Positions 49,798 to 58,730 of a stretch of 64,000 nucleotides of DNA are shown piece after piece; within the stretch, counting starts at the first letter, position 1, and each line of letters begins with the position of its first letter. Location of the stretch: contig JAFCDX010000003.1 of NCBI GenBank assembly GCA_017609465.1, positions 46,712 to 110,711 on the forward strand, given 5' to 3'. The notes under the pieces were generated by a model that was not told the origin of the DNA, did no database searches, and saw nothing but the letters and a program-made list of their open reading frames with translations. The translations under genes and the position numbers were made by a program. This stretch comes from Candidatus Woesearchaeota archaeon (GTDB lineage: Archaea; Nanobdellota; Nanobdellia; SCGC-AAA011-G17; JAFCDX01).

Positions 49798-50904
49798 TTA
49801 TGAACCTATTAAATCTTCTGGTTTCGGCCCTTTCTTTATAGGTTTATCGTCTTTTTGACCTATTTTTAATGGCTCTTTTAATTTTTCATCCTGAAGTTGT
49901 TTTAATACATCTTGGGCCTTTTTTGTATTTTCTTCTATTTTCTTATTTTCATCAGATTCTTGATTTGGTTCTGGTTTTTGTTCTTCTTTTTTTTCTGTTT
50001 CCTTATTTTCTTCCGGACTTTCATTTTTAGTTTCTTCGATTTTTTCTTGAACTTCTTCCTTAGGTTCTTCTTTAACTTCTGCTTTTTCTGTAACTTCATG
50101 TTTTTTCTCTTCAAAAATTTCTTTTGTTTCTGAAACTTCTTTTATATCCAACCTTGAATTCAAGGTCTCTGCTTCAACAGATCCTTTTGATATTAATAAT
50201 TTTATATTCTCCTTTGTAGGGTATGTTATGTTTATTGTTAAGTTAAATGCCTGTGATATTGCTGTATTTAAATCTCCTATATATTTTTCATCATCTATAC
50301 TTAATACATCTCTTGTAAATATTGTTCCATTATCATAAGTTGCTATTAAATTAAGACCTATTTTCATAGGCTCTATACCGAGTTTTGATAATACTCCTGC
50401 AACATCTTCTTTTATCTCCTCTCCTGCCTTGACAACAACTTTGTCTTCTTGTATAGCAATCTTTCCTCCTTCAACAGAAGTCTTTAATCCTAATTTTCCT
50501 AATTCTCCTATTATTGGTCCAGGAGTAAATTCTGTAGCCCCTGCAGGTACTATAATATCATCTGGAGCTATTTGTCCTGGTTTTGCTGGAGCATTTGATC
50601 TGTTTTTTCTCAATCTTTTTGATAATTTAAATGAATCTTGTTTTGAGAATATTAACAAAGGAATTCCTTTCAAATGATTTTCAAGCTCTTTTATATTTTG
50701 TTTTTCAGAATTTTCCATGGCTATTTTTACAAGTCTCTTTTTAATCATTGTTGTTATAATATCTGGTTTTAATTTGAATCTTATATTTTGCAATTGCAAA
50801 GCAGGAAGATTAGTTACATCAGCTATACCAATAACAGGGTATTCTTCAATGAGTTTTTTTGTAAACTCTACTTTTTTCTTTTTATTTTCCTTTGACTTGC
50901 TCAT
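49798..50904 (-). CDS. rpl10: Ribosomal protein uL10 (P0) with long charged tail
   Basis: LPA.QLQ..R, APAKPG..AP.DI.VPAG.T.F.PGP, L.I.P. Confidence 0.95.
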   Translation of the reverse strand: MSKSKENKKKKVEFTKKLIEEYPVIGIADVTNLPALQLQNIRFKLKPDIITTMIKKRLVKIAMENSEKQNIKELENHLKGIPLLIFSKQDSFKLSKRLRKNRSNAPAKPGQIAPDDIIVPAGATEFTPGPIIGELGKLGLKTSVEGGKIAIQEDKVVVKAGEEIKEDVAGVLSKLGIEPMKIGLNLIATYDNGTIFTRDVLSIDDEKYIGDLNTAISQAFNLTINITYPTKENIKLLISKGSVEAETLNSRLDIKEVSETKEIFEEKKHEVTEKAEVKEEPKEEVQEKIEETKNESPEENKETEKKEEQKPEPNQESDENKKIEENTKKAQDVLKQLQDEKLKEPLKIGQKDDKPIKKGPKPEDLIGS

Positions 50905-51556
50905 CTTTCTCTCCTACTTTAATTGGTTTTCCCATTGTGGTTTTAAATAATATTGAATTAATATTGTTTTTTCCTTGCGGAAGTTCATGTTCCAAGCTTG
51001 AATATACTGTCATAGCATTATCTGCAAGTTCTTCATCCTTCATAGATTCTATTCCTATTGCTACTTTTATTATTGGCTCATTTTTTGTTGTTACACGAAT
51101 TGTTTTTTGAAGTTTTGCTACTAATGGCTTTAAATTAACATTTCCAGGAACAACGCACCCTGCTTTTGGATTAGGCATTTTCCCTCTTGGTCCTAATATT
51201 CTACCAAAAATCTTAGCAACTTCAGGCATTAAATTTGCCTGTGCTATGAAAAAATTATTTTCTTCAGCAAGTCTTTTTATATCCTGTTTTTTTAATTTTG
51301 AAAAATCATTGTGCATTATAACCTTATCACAATTACTTTCAGCCTCTTTTCTTAATTCCTCATCGGCCAAGCAACATAATTTTACTTTCTTTCCTCTCCC
51401 GTAAGGAAGATTTACAAAAAAATCCTGCTTATGGTCTTCTTTTTTAAGGTCCAATTGTTTTAAATTTATTATTAAATCAACAGTCTGGTCAAAATTTCTT
51501 TTCCTAGAATTCTCTCTTACTTTCTTTAATGTTTCTAATATTTCTTGTTTTTGCAT
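50882..51556 (-). CDS. rpl1: Ribosomal protein uL1
   Basis: RNF.QTVDL.INLK, FIAQA.LM, GR.LGPRGKMP, KTTMG. Confidence 0.97.
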   Translation of the reverse strand: MQKQEILETLKKVRENSRKRNFDQTVDLIINLKQLDLKKEDHKQDFFVNLPYGRGKKVKLCCLADEELRKEAESNCDKVIMHNDFSKLKKQDIKRLAEENNFFIAQANLMPEVAKIFGRILGPRGKMPNPKAGCVVPGNVNLKPLVAKLQKTIRVTTKNEPIIKVAIGIESMKDEELADNAMTVYSSLEHELPQGKNNINSILFKTTMGKPIKVGEKDEQVKGK

Positions 51557-51560
51557 TCTT

Positions 51561-51589
51561 ATCCTCCTACTCTAGGTAGTTTAACGGAT
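51561..51589 (-). promoter_or_regulatory. Putative uL1 autoregulatory binding site overlapping the SD
   Basis: AUCC-GUUAAA-CUAC-cuaga-GUAG-GA-GGAU: two helices around an asymmetric GA/GUUAAA loop. Confidence 0.6.
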
Positions 51590-51593
51590 TTAT

Positions 51594-52142
51594 TTAATGA
51601 ATATGAGAATTATTTAAAGGTATCGGTTGTTTTAGTAAATAAACATATAATTCTTCAAAGAAAGGCAGTTTTTTTGTTTCTAATTTCTTAAAATTGTATC
51701 TGTATTTCTTAAATAAGAGCTCTACATTTCCCGTCAATGAAGAACATACTAATAATATCTTCCCTTTTTCCTCTAAATGTCCTTTAGTTTTTTTTAAAAA
51801 TCTCTCAATAATCTCGTATCCTTTTTTTCCGCCTGTTGTGGATAATTGAGAATCCCTTGGTTCATTTTTATCCATAGGCAAATAAGGAGGATTAAATATT
51901 ATTAAGTCAAACTTTCCTTTAACGTTTTCAAACAAATCTGATTTTATGCAGTTTATTCCTTTTTTTCTTGTATGTTCTACACATTCTTCATTTATATCAA
52001 TAGCAAGAACATCTTTTGTTTTTTTAAGTGCAGTTTCTGCTAATATCCCTGAACCTGTCCCAATATCAAGAACTTTTCCTTTTGCATATTTCTTAACATA
52101 TTTTTGAATTAAGAAAGAATCTTCTGATGGCTCATAAATCAT
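51594..52142 (-). CDS. HemK2/Mtq2-family methyltransferase
   Basis: YEP.EDSFL, LDIGTGSG, SDLF, FNPPYL, GG..G. Confidence 0.92.
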   Translation of the reverse strand: MIYEPSEDSFLIQKYVKKYAKGKVLDIGTGSGILAETALKKTKDVLAIDINEECVEHTRKKGINCIKSDLFENVKGKFDLIIFNPPYLPMDKNEPRDSQLSTTGGKKGYEIIERFLKKTKGHLEEKGKILLVCSSLTGNVELLFKKYRYNFKKLETKKLPFFEELYVYLLKQPIPLNNSHIH

Positions 52143-52588
52143 TTTACTGCTCTGTAATATTCCCTAACTCTCTCTATTATTGAGTTTATGTAATATTTTT
52201 CAATTTTTTGTTCAAACAAATTTATTAGTTCTTCGTTTTCTGTTATTCTGTATCCATCTTGTATTTTTTCTATTAAAAATAAGTCTCTTAATCTTTTTAA
52301 CTGCCTTCTTATGTTTGAATGCGCTATACCTAACAAAGGAAGTTTTTTTTGTTTTCTTATTTTTATTACAGAGGATTGAACCTGTTCTGAAGTCAATGGG
52401 TCATTAGAATTAAGCATCACCATGAGAACATCAACAATTATATCTCTTGAATCTCCTGGCTGCAATAGTCCAGAAGACAAACATAATTTTCTCACTAATT
52501 CTCTTTTAGAACCTTTACCCGGCTTTTCATACCTTCTTAATGTTATCTCTGAGAAAGGTATGTCTCTTGAAATCCTCTTTTTCTTCAT
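52139..52588 (-). CDS. Conserved hypothetical protein, winged-helix-like
   Basis: EITLRRYEKP, LL.PGDSRD, SNIRRQL.RL. Confidence 0.7.
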   Translation of the reverse strand: MKKKRISRDIPFSEITLRRYEKPGKGSKRELVRKLCLSSGLLQPGDSRDIIVDVLMVMLNSNDPLTSEQVQSSVIKIRKQKKLPLLGIAHSNIRRQLKRLRDLFLIEKIQDGYRITENEELINLFEQKIEKYYINSIIERVREYYRAVK

Positions 52589-52670
52589 ATTATTAAAAGA
52601 ATTTTGTTCTTTAAAAACATTAGGTTTTTGATGTAAAGATTTAAATATATCTTGCGTTCATATATAAAAT

Positions 52671-53024
52671 ATGACAGACTTAATAGCTTATTTATCAACA
52701 GGAAAAGGAACTTGGGGGCATGTAAACAGATTAATCCAAGATCAGAATTGGAATAAAATATACATAATAACAAATAATTTTGGAAAAGAAAACTTTCATC
52801 CGGAAAAAGAAGTGGAAATGATAGTTATTGATTCTAACCAAGGCATAAAAGAGATAAGAGACCAAATACAAAATGAACTTAAGGATAAAGTACAAGGAGA
52901 TGTTGCAGTAAACATAATCTCAGGAATTGGTAAGGAACATACTGCTTTGTTGGGGGCATTAATAAAATTGGGCATAGGGATAAGATTTGTAGCATTAACA
53001 AAGGAAGGCGTAGAGGAAATTTAG
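52671..53024 (+). CDS. Conserved hypothetical protein (alpha/beta)
   Basis: LSTGKGTW.HV, N..SG.GKEH. Confidence 0.7.
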   Translation: MTDLIAYLSTGKGTWGHVNRLIQDQNWNKIYIITNNFGKENFHPEKEVEMIVIDSNQGIKEIRDQIQNELKDKVQGDVAVNIISGIGKEHTALLGALIKLGIGIRFVALTKEGVEEI

Positions 53025-53083
53025 TTTTTTAATACTTACTACACTATCATAAAGTTTTTATATATACAATAAAATAATATATT

Positions 53084-54148
53084 ATGTCTATTTTTAAGGA
53101 TATGCTGAAGGACAATGAATCTTTATTTCTAGATGAGATAGCTCTTGATTTTGATTATGTTCCAAAAACATTAAAGCATAGAGAAAACGAGCAACAGTAT
53201 GTAGCAACGTGTATGAAACCGTTATTTAATGATAGAAATGGAAAAAATCTCTTCATAACAGGAAAGCCAGGAATAGGAAAAACAGCTGCAATAAAATGGG
53301 TATTAAGAGAATTGGAAAATGAAACCGATTCTATTTATACAATATATATAAACTGCTGGAAACATGATACAGCATACAAAATAATTCTAGATATTTGCTC
53401 TCAAATAAACTATAAATATACCCACAATAAAAAATCTGATGAGTTGTTAAAAAATGTATCTGATGTTATAAACAAAAAATCATTGGTTCTTGTTCTTGAT
53501 GAAGTAGATAAACTACAAGAGCAAAGCATTATTTATAATCTCTTAGAAAATATTTACAAAAAAATGATGATATTAATAACAAATGAAAATGATTTTCTTG
53601 CAACCTTAGATTCAAGAATAAAATCAAGACTTCTTCCAGAAACACTTGAATTCAGACCTTATAATTATGAAGAAACAAAATCAATATTAAAAGAAAGAAG
53701 AGATTATGCATTTGTGGAAGGAATATGGAATGAAGAAGGGTTCTGTAATATAGTTGATAAGACTTATGAAGCTAAAGATATAAGGACAGGATTGTATTTA
53801 ATGAGAGAAGCAGGAAATATTGCAGAAAATAAATCTTCAAGAAAAATAACAAAGGAATTTTCCGAATTGGCAATAAATAAATTATCAAACTACAAAATAA
53901 AAGATTCAAATAGTTTTGATGGGAGTAAAAAAGAAATTCTAAATATTGTTAAGGAAAACTCCGGCAAGAGGATAAAGGAATTATATAATATATATTTTGG
54001 AAAAGGATTCAACATAAGCTATAGAAGTTTTTTTAATAAAATAATGGAGCTTGAAAAGGCAGGAGTTGTTAATACACAAAGTGCTGAAGGAAGAGGAAAA
54101 AGCACATTAGTAAGCTATGGTTCTAAGAGATTAGATGAATTTAAATGA
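53084..54148 (+). CDS. cdc6: Orc1/Cdc6 AAA+ replication initiator family protein
   Basis: DYVP..L.HRE, G.PG.GKT, YINC, LDEVD, R..SR, F.PY, DIR; C-terminal wHTH. Confidence 0.9.
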   Translation: MSIFKDMLKDNESLFLDEIALDFDYVPKTLKHRENEQQYVATCMKPLFNDRNGKNLFITGKPGIGKTAAIKWVLRELENETDSIYTIYINCWKHDTAYKIILDICSQINYKYTHNKKSDELLKNVSDVINKKSLVLVLDEVDKLQEQSIIYNLLENIYKKMMILITNENDFLATLDSRIKSRLLPETLEFRPYNYEETKSILKERRDYAFVEGIWNEEGFCNIVDKTYEAKDIRTGLYLMREAGNIAENKSSRKITKEFSELAINKLSNYKIKDSNSFDGSKKEILNIVKENSGKRIKELYNIYFGKGFNISYRSFFNKIMELEKAGVVNTQSAEGRGKSTLVSYGSKRLDEFK

Positions 54149-54261
54149 ATTAACTCTTCTATTTCTCAATACAATCACAAATATATATTCCAATGGCTAT
54201 GTCTCAAAGTTGGAACTTAAATTTAGTGTCAAAAATAGGGTCTTTTGCTTATCTTTAGAAT

Positions 54262-54525
54262 TTATTCCTTTATTTTTTCTCTAATCTTCTTACCTTCTTC
54301 AGTAAGATCATAAACTCTACCACTTAATAAATTAGGAGTCAAGCATTTAGCTAGTTTTCTTTTAGTTAATTCAATAAGAACTCTTGAAGCTTCAGCAAGG
54401 TGTATTTTTAATTCTCTAGATAATTGCTTTGGAGTTTTAGGATTATCCATTTTCTTAATAACTTTCTTTCTTAACTTACCTCTTTCAACATAGCCATAAT
54501 TTTCCCAAAAATCTCTTTTTTTCAT
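54262..54525 (-). CDS. Small winged-helix transcriptional regulator (inside element)
   Basis: R.KV...PKTP.QLS......SR.L.EL....L..CL......GR.Y.LT..G. Confidence 0.85.
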   Translation of the reverse strand: MKKRDFWENYGYVERGKLRKKVIKKMDNPKTPKQLSRELKIHLAEASRVLIELTKRKLAKCLTPNLLSGRVYDLTEEGKKIREKIKE

Positions 54526-54619
54526 TAAAATAAGTAGTTCTAAAGAAAGTAATAAGCCTACATCAGAAACGCATAAGGAATAGTAAGATTTATATAGGAA
54601 AAACCATTTTATAATTTAT

Positions 54620-56056
54620 ATGAGAAAAAATATTATATTAATATGTTTAATATTTTTAATTAGTATTTCTTTTGTAAATGCAAATGTTGAAACTATTAAT
54701 CAAGGAGATTCTACTGAAATAATAGAATCTATGGAAGATTCAAATTGTAACATAAAATGGGAATTAAGTGATTATAGTCCCATTGGTTATGTTGGTTCAA
54801 CCACCCCCCAAGGTTTAATTAGTATTTATGGTTTATATGATAATAAATACCTTATTTATCTTTATAGAGATAGTAAAGGAGAATATAATGTGATATATAA
54901 TCTTGAAGAGAATAAAGTTTTATCTTTATTACCTGATGATTATTTTATAAAAAAAGGAGGAAGTATTTTTTTATTAGAAAATACAAATAGGGATAAAGTT
55001 CTTGCTGTAGTCAATGAAGATGGAAGTCGTGGATGGGTAGAGATAAGAAAATTTTATTATTATGATTTTGTTAATAAAAAACCAATTTTTTTAGTAGATT
55101 CAAACAGATTATTTAAATTTCAAAAAGGAACTTCTCTATTAGAAGATGTTTATATGCTTTCAGATTTATCTCTTTTATATGGATTAGAAAAATCATCAAG
55201 CTATATAAAGGACGATATACAAATAATAGAAGGCCTTGGAACAGAATTGTGGAAATATGATTTTTATTCTGGAAATAAGATACTTATAAAAGAATTTGAG
55301 CCTAAACTAATAACGAGAACTATATGTAAAGAATTTAAAGATGGGGAATGTACAATAGAAGGTATTGTTACTACAAAAGAATCTCCAACAATTTCGTTCT
55401 TTAAGGGAAATAACAATGATGTAATTATAAGTATAAATTATGGTACTGGTGGAGAACATTCTATTAGTTCTTCAGAGTTTTGGATTTATGAAAATAATAA
55501 TTTAAGGAGATTGGAAAATATCCCTTCTGATTTAGGATATCTTAAATCAATTGAAGATAGATATATGGTTTTTGTGAAACCTGTTGAAGGTGAAATACAT
55601 GTTACTGAAGAATTACAAAGTGTAGAAGGATCTCAGGAATCTCCATTACAAGGAATTATAGAGAGTGAAAGAGCAGATTATGGGATTATTAGTGTAGTTG
55701 ATTTATATACTGGCTCATTAATTTACAATACTAAAGCATTAGAAGCCAGTTATATTGGAAATAATAAGTTAGCTTATTCTGAAAGCAGATTAATCTTTAT
55801 TTTAGATAAATTCTTACCCATTAATCTTTTAGAAAGATATTTGTCTCCTCATTTTATTTTATATGATTTAAAATCTTCAAAAGAATTTAAAATTCCTGTT
55901 GAAAATACTAAGGGATTGCCATCAATGGCATCTTATAAAAATAAATTGATATTCACTGAACCAACTGGAGAAAAATTTACTAAACAACCTAAAGAAGGGA
56001 TAATGTCAATTGGTGGGGGAGAAATTATTCACAGATTATATTCTTGTACCTTATAA
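54620..56056 (+). CDS. Secreted beta-rich (propeller-like) protein, transposon cargo
   Basis: Signal peptide; recurrent Y.YD/LW.YD/ILYDL strands; lies between the TIRs. Confidence 0.7.
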   Translation: MRKNIILICLIFLISISFVNANVETINQGDSTEIIESMEDSNCNIKWELSDYSPIGYVGSTTPQGLISIYGLYDNKYLIYLYRDSKGEYNVIYNLEENKVLSLLPDDYFIKKGGSIFLLENTNRDKVLAVVNEDGSRGWVEIRKFYYYDFVNKKPIFLVDSNRLFKFQKGTSLLEDVYMLSDLSLLYGLEKSSSYIKDDIQIIEGLGTELWKYDFYSGNKILIKEFEPKLITRTICKEFKDGECTIEGIVTTKESPTISFFKGNNNDVIISINYGTGGEHSISSSEFWIYENNNLRRLENIPSDLGYLKSIEDRYMVFVKPVEGEIHVTEELQSVEGSQESPLQGIIESERADYGIISVVDLYTGSLIYNTKALEASYIGNNKLAYSESRLIFILDKFLPINLLERYLSPHFILYDLKSSKEFKIPVENTKGLPSMASYKNKLIFTEPTGEKFTKQPKEGIMSIGGGEIIHRLYSCTL

Positions 56057-56182
56057 ATTTATTAAAAAATTATTAAGTTAAATATTTTCTTTAAATTCAT
56101 TGTTTAGTTAATCTATATTCTCTACTATAAAAATCTTATATATTATTAAGTATTATAATATAAAATTATATGGTGATATATA

Positions 56183-56320
56183 ATGGTTCAGATACAAATA
56201 AACTTATCAGAAGAGGAAAACAAAATAGTAAACATTGTAAAATCTGTTAAAGGATTTATAACAAAAGAAGAAGCCATCAAGTATATCATCAAACAATTTA
56301 AACCAAGTTTAAAACTATAA
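56183..56320 (+). CDS. 45-aa DUF2683/RHH-like protein, copy 2
   Basis: MVQIQINLSEEENKIVNIVKSVKGFITKEEAIKYIIKQFKPSLKL; 42/45 identical to copy 1; GGTGA SD. Confidence 0.75.
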   Translation: MVQIQINLSEEENKIVNIVKSVKGFITKEEAIKYIIKQFKPSLKL

Positions 56321-56358
56321 AAATAACCAGAGAACCCGAAGGTTTTCATGAGGTCAAA

Positions 56359-57580
56359 ATGTCCCGGAAAGAACAATTCAACCTAAAGAATGAGAAGATT
56401 TCAGAACTTAAAAAACTTTCTGATATCCGAACAGAAAAAGCTTATTCTATTTTGAAGAATGGAAAGCCAGAAATAATAAATGAGCAGGAATTTCTAGTTC
56501 CAGCTTCAAATTCAAATTACAAATTTAAAGTAACACATAGAGACGCCTGGACTTGTGAATGTCTTGATTTTCAAAAGACTTGTAAAGATAAAGGATTATA
56601 TTGCAAGCATATTAAAGCAATTCAATTTTTTCTTAAATTAAGAAATAAGACAGAAATTGATAATATTTTAGATGAGAATCCAGAAAAAGAATGTATTTAC
56701 TGCAAATCCAAAAACATAATCAAAAGAGGCATAAGAAAAAGCAAGAAAGGAGATTTACAAAGATATTATTGCAAAGACTGCAAAAAGAGATTTATTCTAA
56801 ATCCAATAAAATATATTAAAATTGATGCTCAAAATATATGTTTAGAGTTATGGATTTATATTTCAAAGGGTTATCATTAAGAGATATTCAAGATACATTA
56901 GATCAATTTCATAAAATTGAAATTAGTCATGAAAGCATAAGAAGATACATAAGAAATTTTACTAAATTAATGAATAATTATGTTAAAAAAGAAACTAATG
57001 GAAAGCTAAAATTAGGTGGTAAATGGCAGACAGATGAACAAACTATTCAAGTGAGAAAGAAAAAACTATGGAATTGGAATACAATTGATACAAAAACCAA
57101 ATATTTAGTAGCTAATAACATAACAAAATCAAGATATTATGAAAATACTGTTAAAATAATGAAAAAGCCGAGGAAGAATGTGGAAGACCGAAAGAACTAA
57201 GAACTGATGGATTAAGAGGTTATTCTGGTGCGATTAGAAAAGTATTTGAGTTAAACAAGTTAAAATTTCCTTATACTGTTCATGTTAAATCAAAAGGATT
57301 TAGGGATAAGATTAATACTAATAACATAGAAAGGTACCATAATGAATAGAGAGATTTTGATAAAAGAAGAAGAGGATTTGGAAGTATGGAAACTGCTCAA
57401 GACTGGAATGAAGGTTATAGATTATTTCATAATGTAATAAGAAAGAATATGGCTTTAAATGGTCTAACTCCATTACAAAAGGCAGAAATTGACTTAGATC
57501 TTGGAAGAAATAGGTGGCTTGGATTATTGCTTAAGTTCCTAAATGGGACAAGTGAAGAAAACAGCAATAAAAGCCCATAA
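56359..57580 (+). pseudogene. IS6-family transposase pseudogene
   Basis: Relative to copy 1: +2 insertion near 56845, -1 deletion near 57160, TGG>TAG at 57347-49. Confidence 0.9.
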
Positions 57581-57691
57581 ACTGTGACATAGCCGTTCCA
57601 ATATATATTTTCTACTAAATTGCAATACTTGCAAAGTGTGCGCGCCAGATTTATAAATGAATTTTAAAATATCTTTATGGAGGTGGAAAAA

Positions 57692-57796
57692 ATGAAAATA
57701 ATACTTACAAACATGGACCAAGATAAAATATCAAAAATATTCAGTGAAAAGATAAACAATCTCCCAATGGAAGAAGATAATACAGAAATAGAATAA
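57692..57796 (+). CDS. Putative 34-aa microprotein
   Basis: GGAGGTG SD and upstream TTTATAAA box; MKIILTNMDQDKISKIFSEKINNLPMEEDNTEIE. Confidence 0.5.
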   Translation: MKIILTNMDQDKISKIFSEKINNLPMEEDNTEIE

Positions 57797-57851
57797 TTAT
57801 TTTTATTTTTTTTTACAAAACATTTTTAAAATTATTTCTTTTTATTAAAAT

Positions 57852-58451
57852 ATGAAAATACTAGCATTCGGGGATTTGCATAGCGATAAGAGAGCATTAA
57901 ACATATTGATAGATAAAGCTAAATTAAAATCTCCTGAACTCTTAGTATGCTCGGGGGATATATCTGATTTTGGGGAAAATATAGAAGAAATATTCGGAGA
58001 ACTGAACAAATTAAAAATACCTATGTTAATAATTCCAGGTAATCATGAAGATTCTAGAGTAATAGATCAATTATGTAAGAGGTATAAATTTGCGATAAAT
58101 ATTCACAAAGGATGTTATGAAAAAGAAAATTATTGTTTTTTTGGGTATGGGGAAGGTGGTTTTTCAGAAGAAGACCCTGATTTTGAGAGAATAACAGAAA
58201 GATTCATAGAAACTATCGATAAAGAAAAAAAAATAATATTAGTAGTTCATTCTCCTGTTTATAATACTAAAACAGATTTCTTAAATAGCCTTGGACATAG
58301 GGGAAGCAAGAGCATAAGAAAATTCATAGAAAAATATAATCCCAAGTTAGTTGTTTGTGGGCACTTCCATGAAACTTTTGGTGAAATTGATAATATAAAA
58401 AACACGACAATAATAAACCCTGGACCTGTTGGAAAAATAATTTTAATTTAA
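57852..58451 (+). CDS. Calcineurin-like metallophosphoesterase
   Basis: GDLH, GD, PGNHE, H.P, CGH.HE, INPG. Confidence 0.92.
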   Translation: MKILAFGDLHSDKRALNILIDKAKLKSPELLVCSGDISDFGENIEEIFGELNKLKIPMLIIPGNHEDSRVIDQLCKRYKFAINIHKGCYEKENYCFFGYGEGGFSEEDPDFERITERFIETIDKEKKIILVVHSPVYNTKTDFLNSLGHRGSKSIRKFIEKYNPKLVVCGHFHETFGEIDNIKNTTIINPGPVGKIILI

Positions 58452-58472
58452 AAATAAAAAAAGAAATAAAAT

Positions 58473-58646
58473 TTATCTTCTTTTTCTTTTCTTTTTAATT
58501 GATTTCTTTTTTGTTTTCTTCTTAGTCTTTTTTCTTGTAGACTTCTTTTTTGTTTTCTTCTTAGTTGCTTTCTTTCTTGTAGACTTCTTTTTTGTTTTCT
58601 TCTTAGTTGCTTTCTTTCTTGTTGATTTTCTTTTTCTTGCAACCAT
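58473..58646 (-). CDS. Lys/Arg-rich histone H1/protamine-like protein with 13-aa tandem repeats
   Basis: GAGGTGA SD; (KKSTRKKATKKKT)n encoded by 39-bp repeats. Confidence 0.7.
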   Translation of the reverse strand: MVARKRKSTRKKATKKKTKKKSTRKKATKKKTKKKSTRKKTKKKTKKKSIKKKRKRR

Positions 58647-58730
58647 TTTATTTATCACCTCTTTTTCCCTTTTTTTAATTATAATTTTATTTAGTTATAT
58701 AAACTAAAAATCATTTAAATAGTTTTCTAT

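Larger units (their letters stand above)
54195..57594 (+). mobile_element. Complete cargo-carrying IS6-like transposon (copy 2, 3.4 kb)
   Basis: Left TIR GGCTATGTCTCA (54195) vs right TIR reverse complement GGCTATGTCACA (11/12); flanks ATTCCAAT (54187-94) and GTTCCAAT (57595-602), 7/8 TSD. Confidence 0.82.

Noticed and set aside
53025-54261. Replication origin with ORB repeats beside cdc6
   Set aside because: No repeated TTCCAxxGGAAA/G-string ORB motifs could be identified by eye
57347-57349. In-frame TAG as pyrrolysine or recoding
   Set aside because: It aligns to TGG in copy 1, and the gene also has two frameshifts, so simple decay explains it
1746-57594. The two IS copies as ends of one ~55-kb composite transposon
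   Set aside because: The interval holds core housekeeping genes, and copy 2 has its own TSD
58448-58642. Alternative-frame repeat ORF (QERKQLRRKQKRS)
   Set aside because: The overlapping Lys-rich frame starting at 58646 fits the SD spacing better
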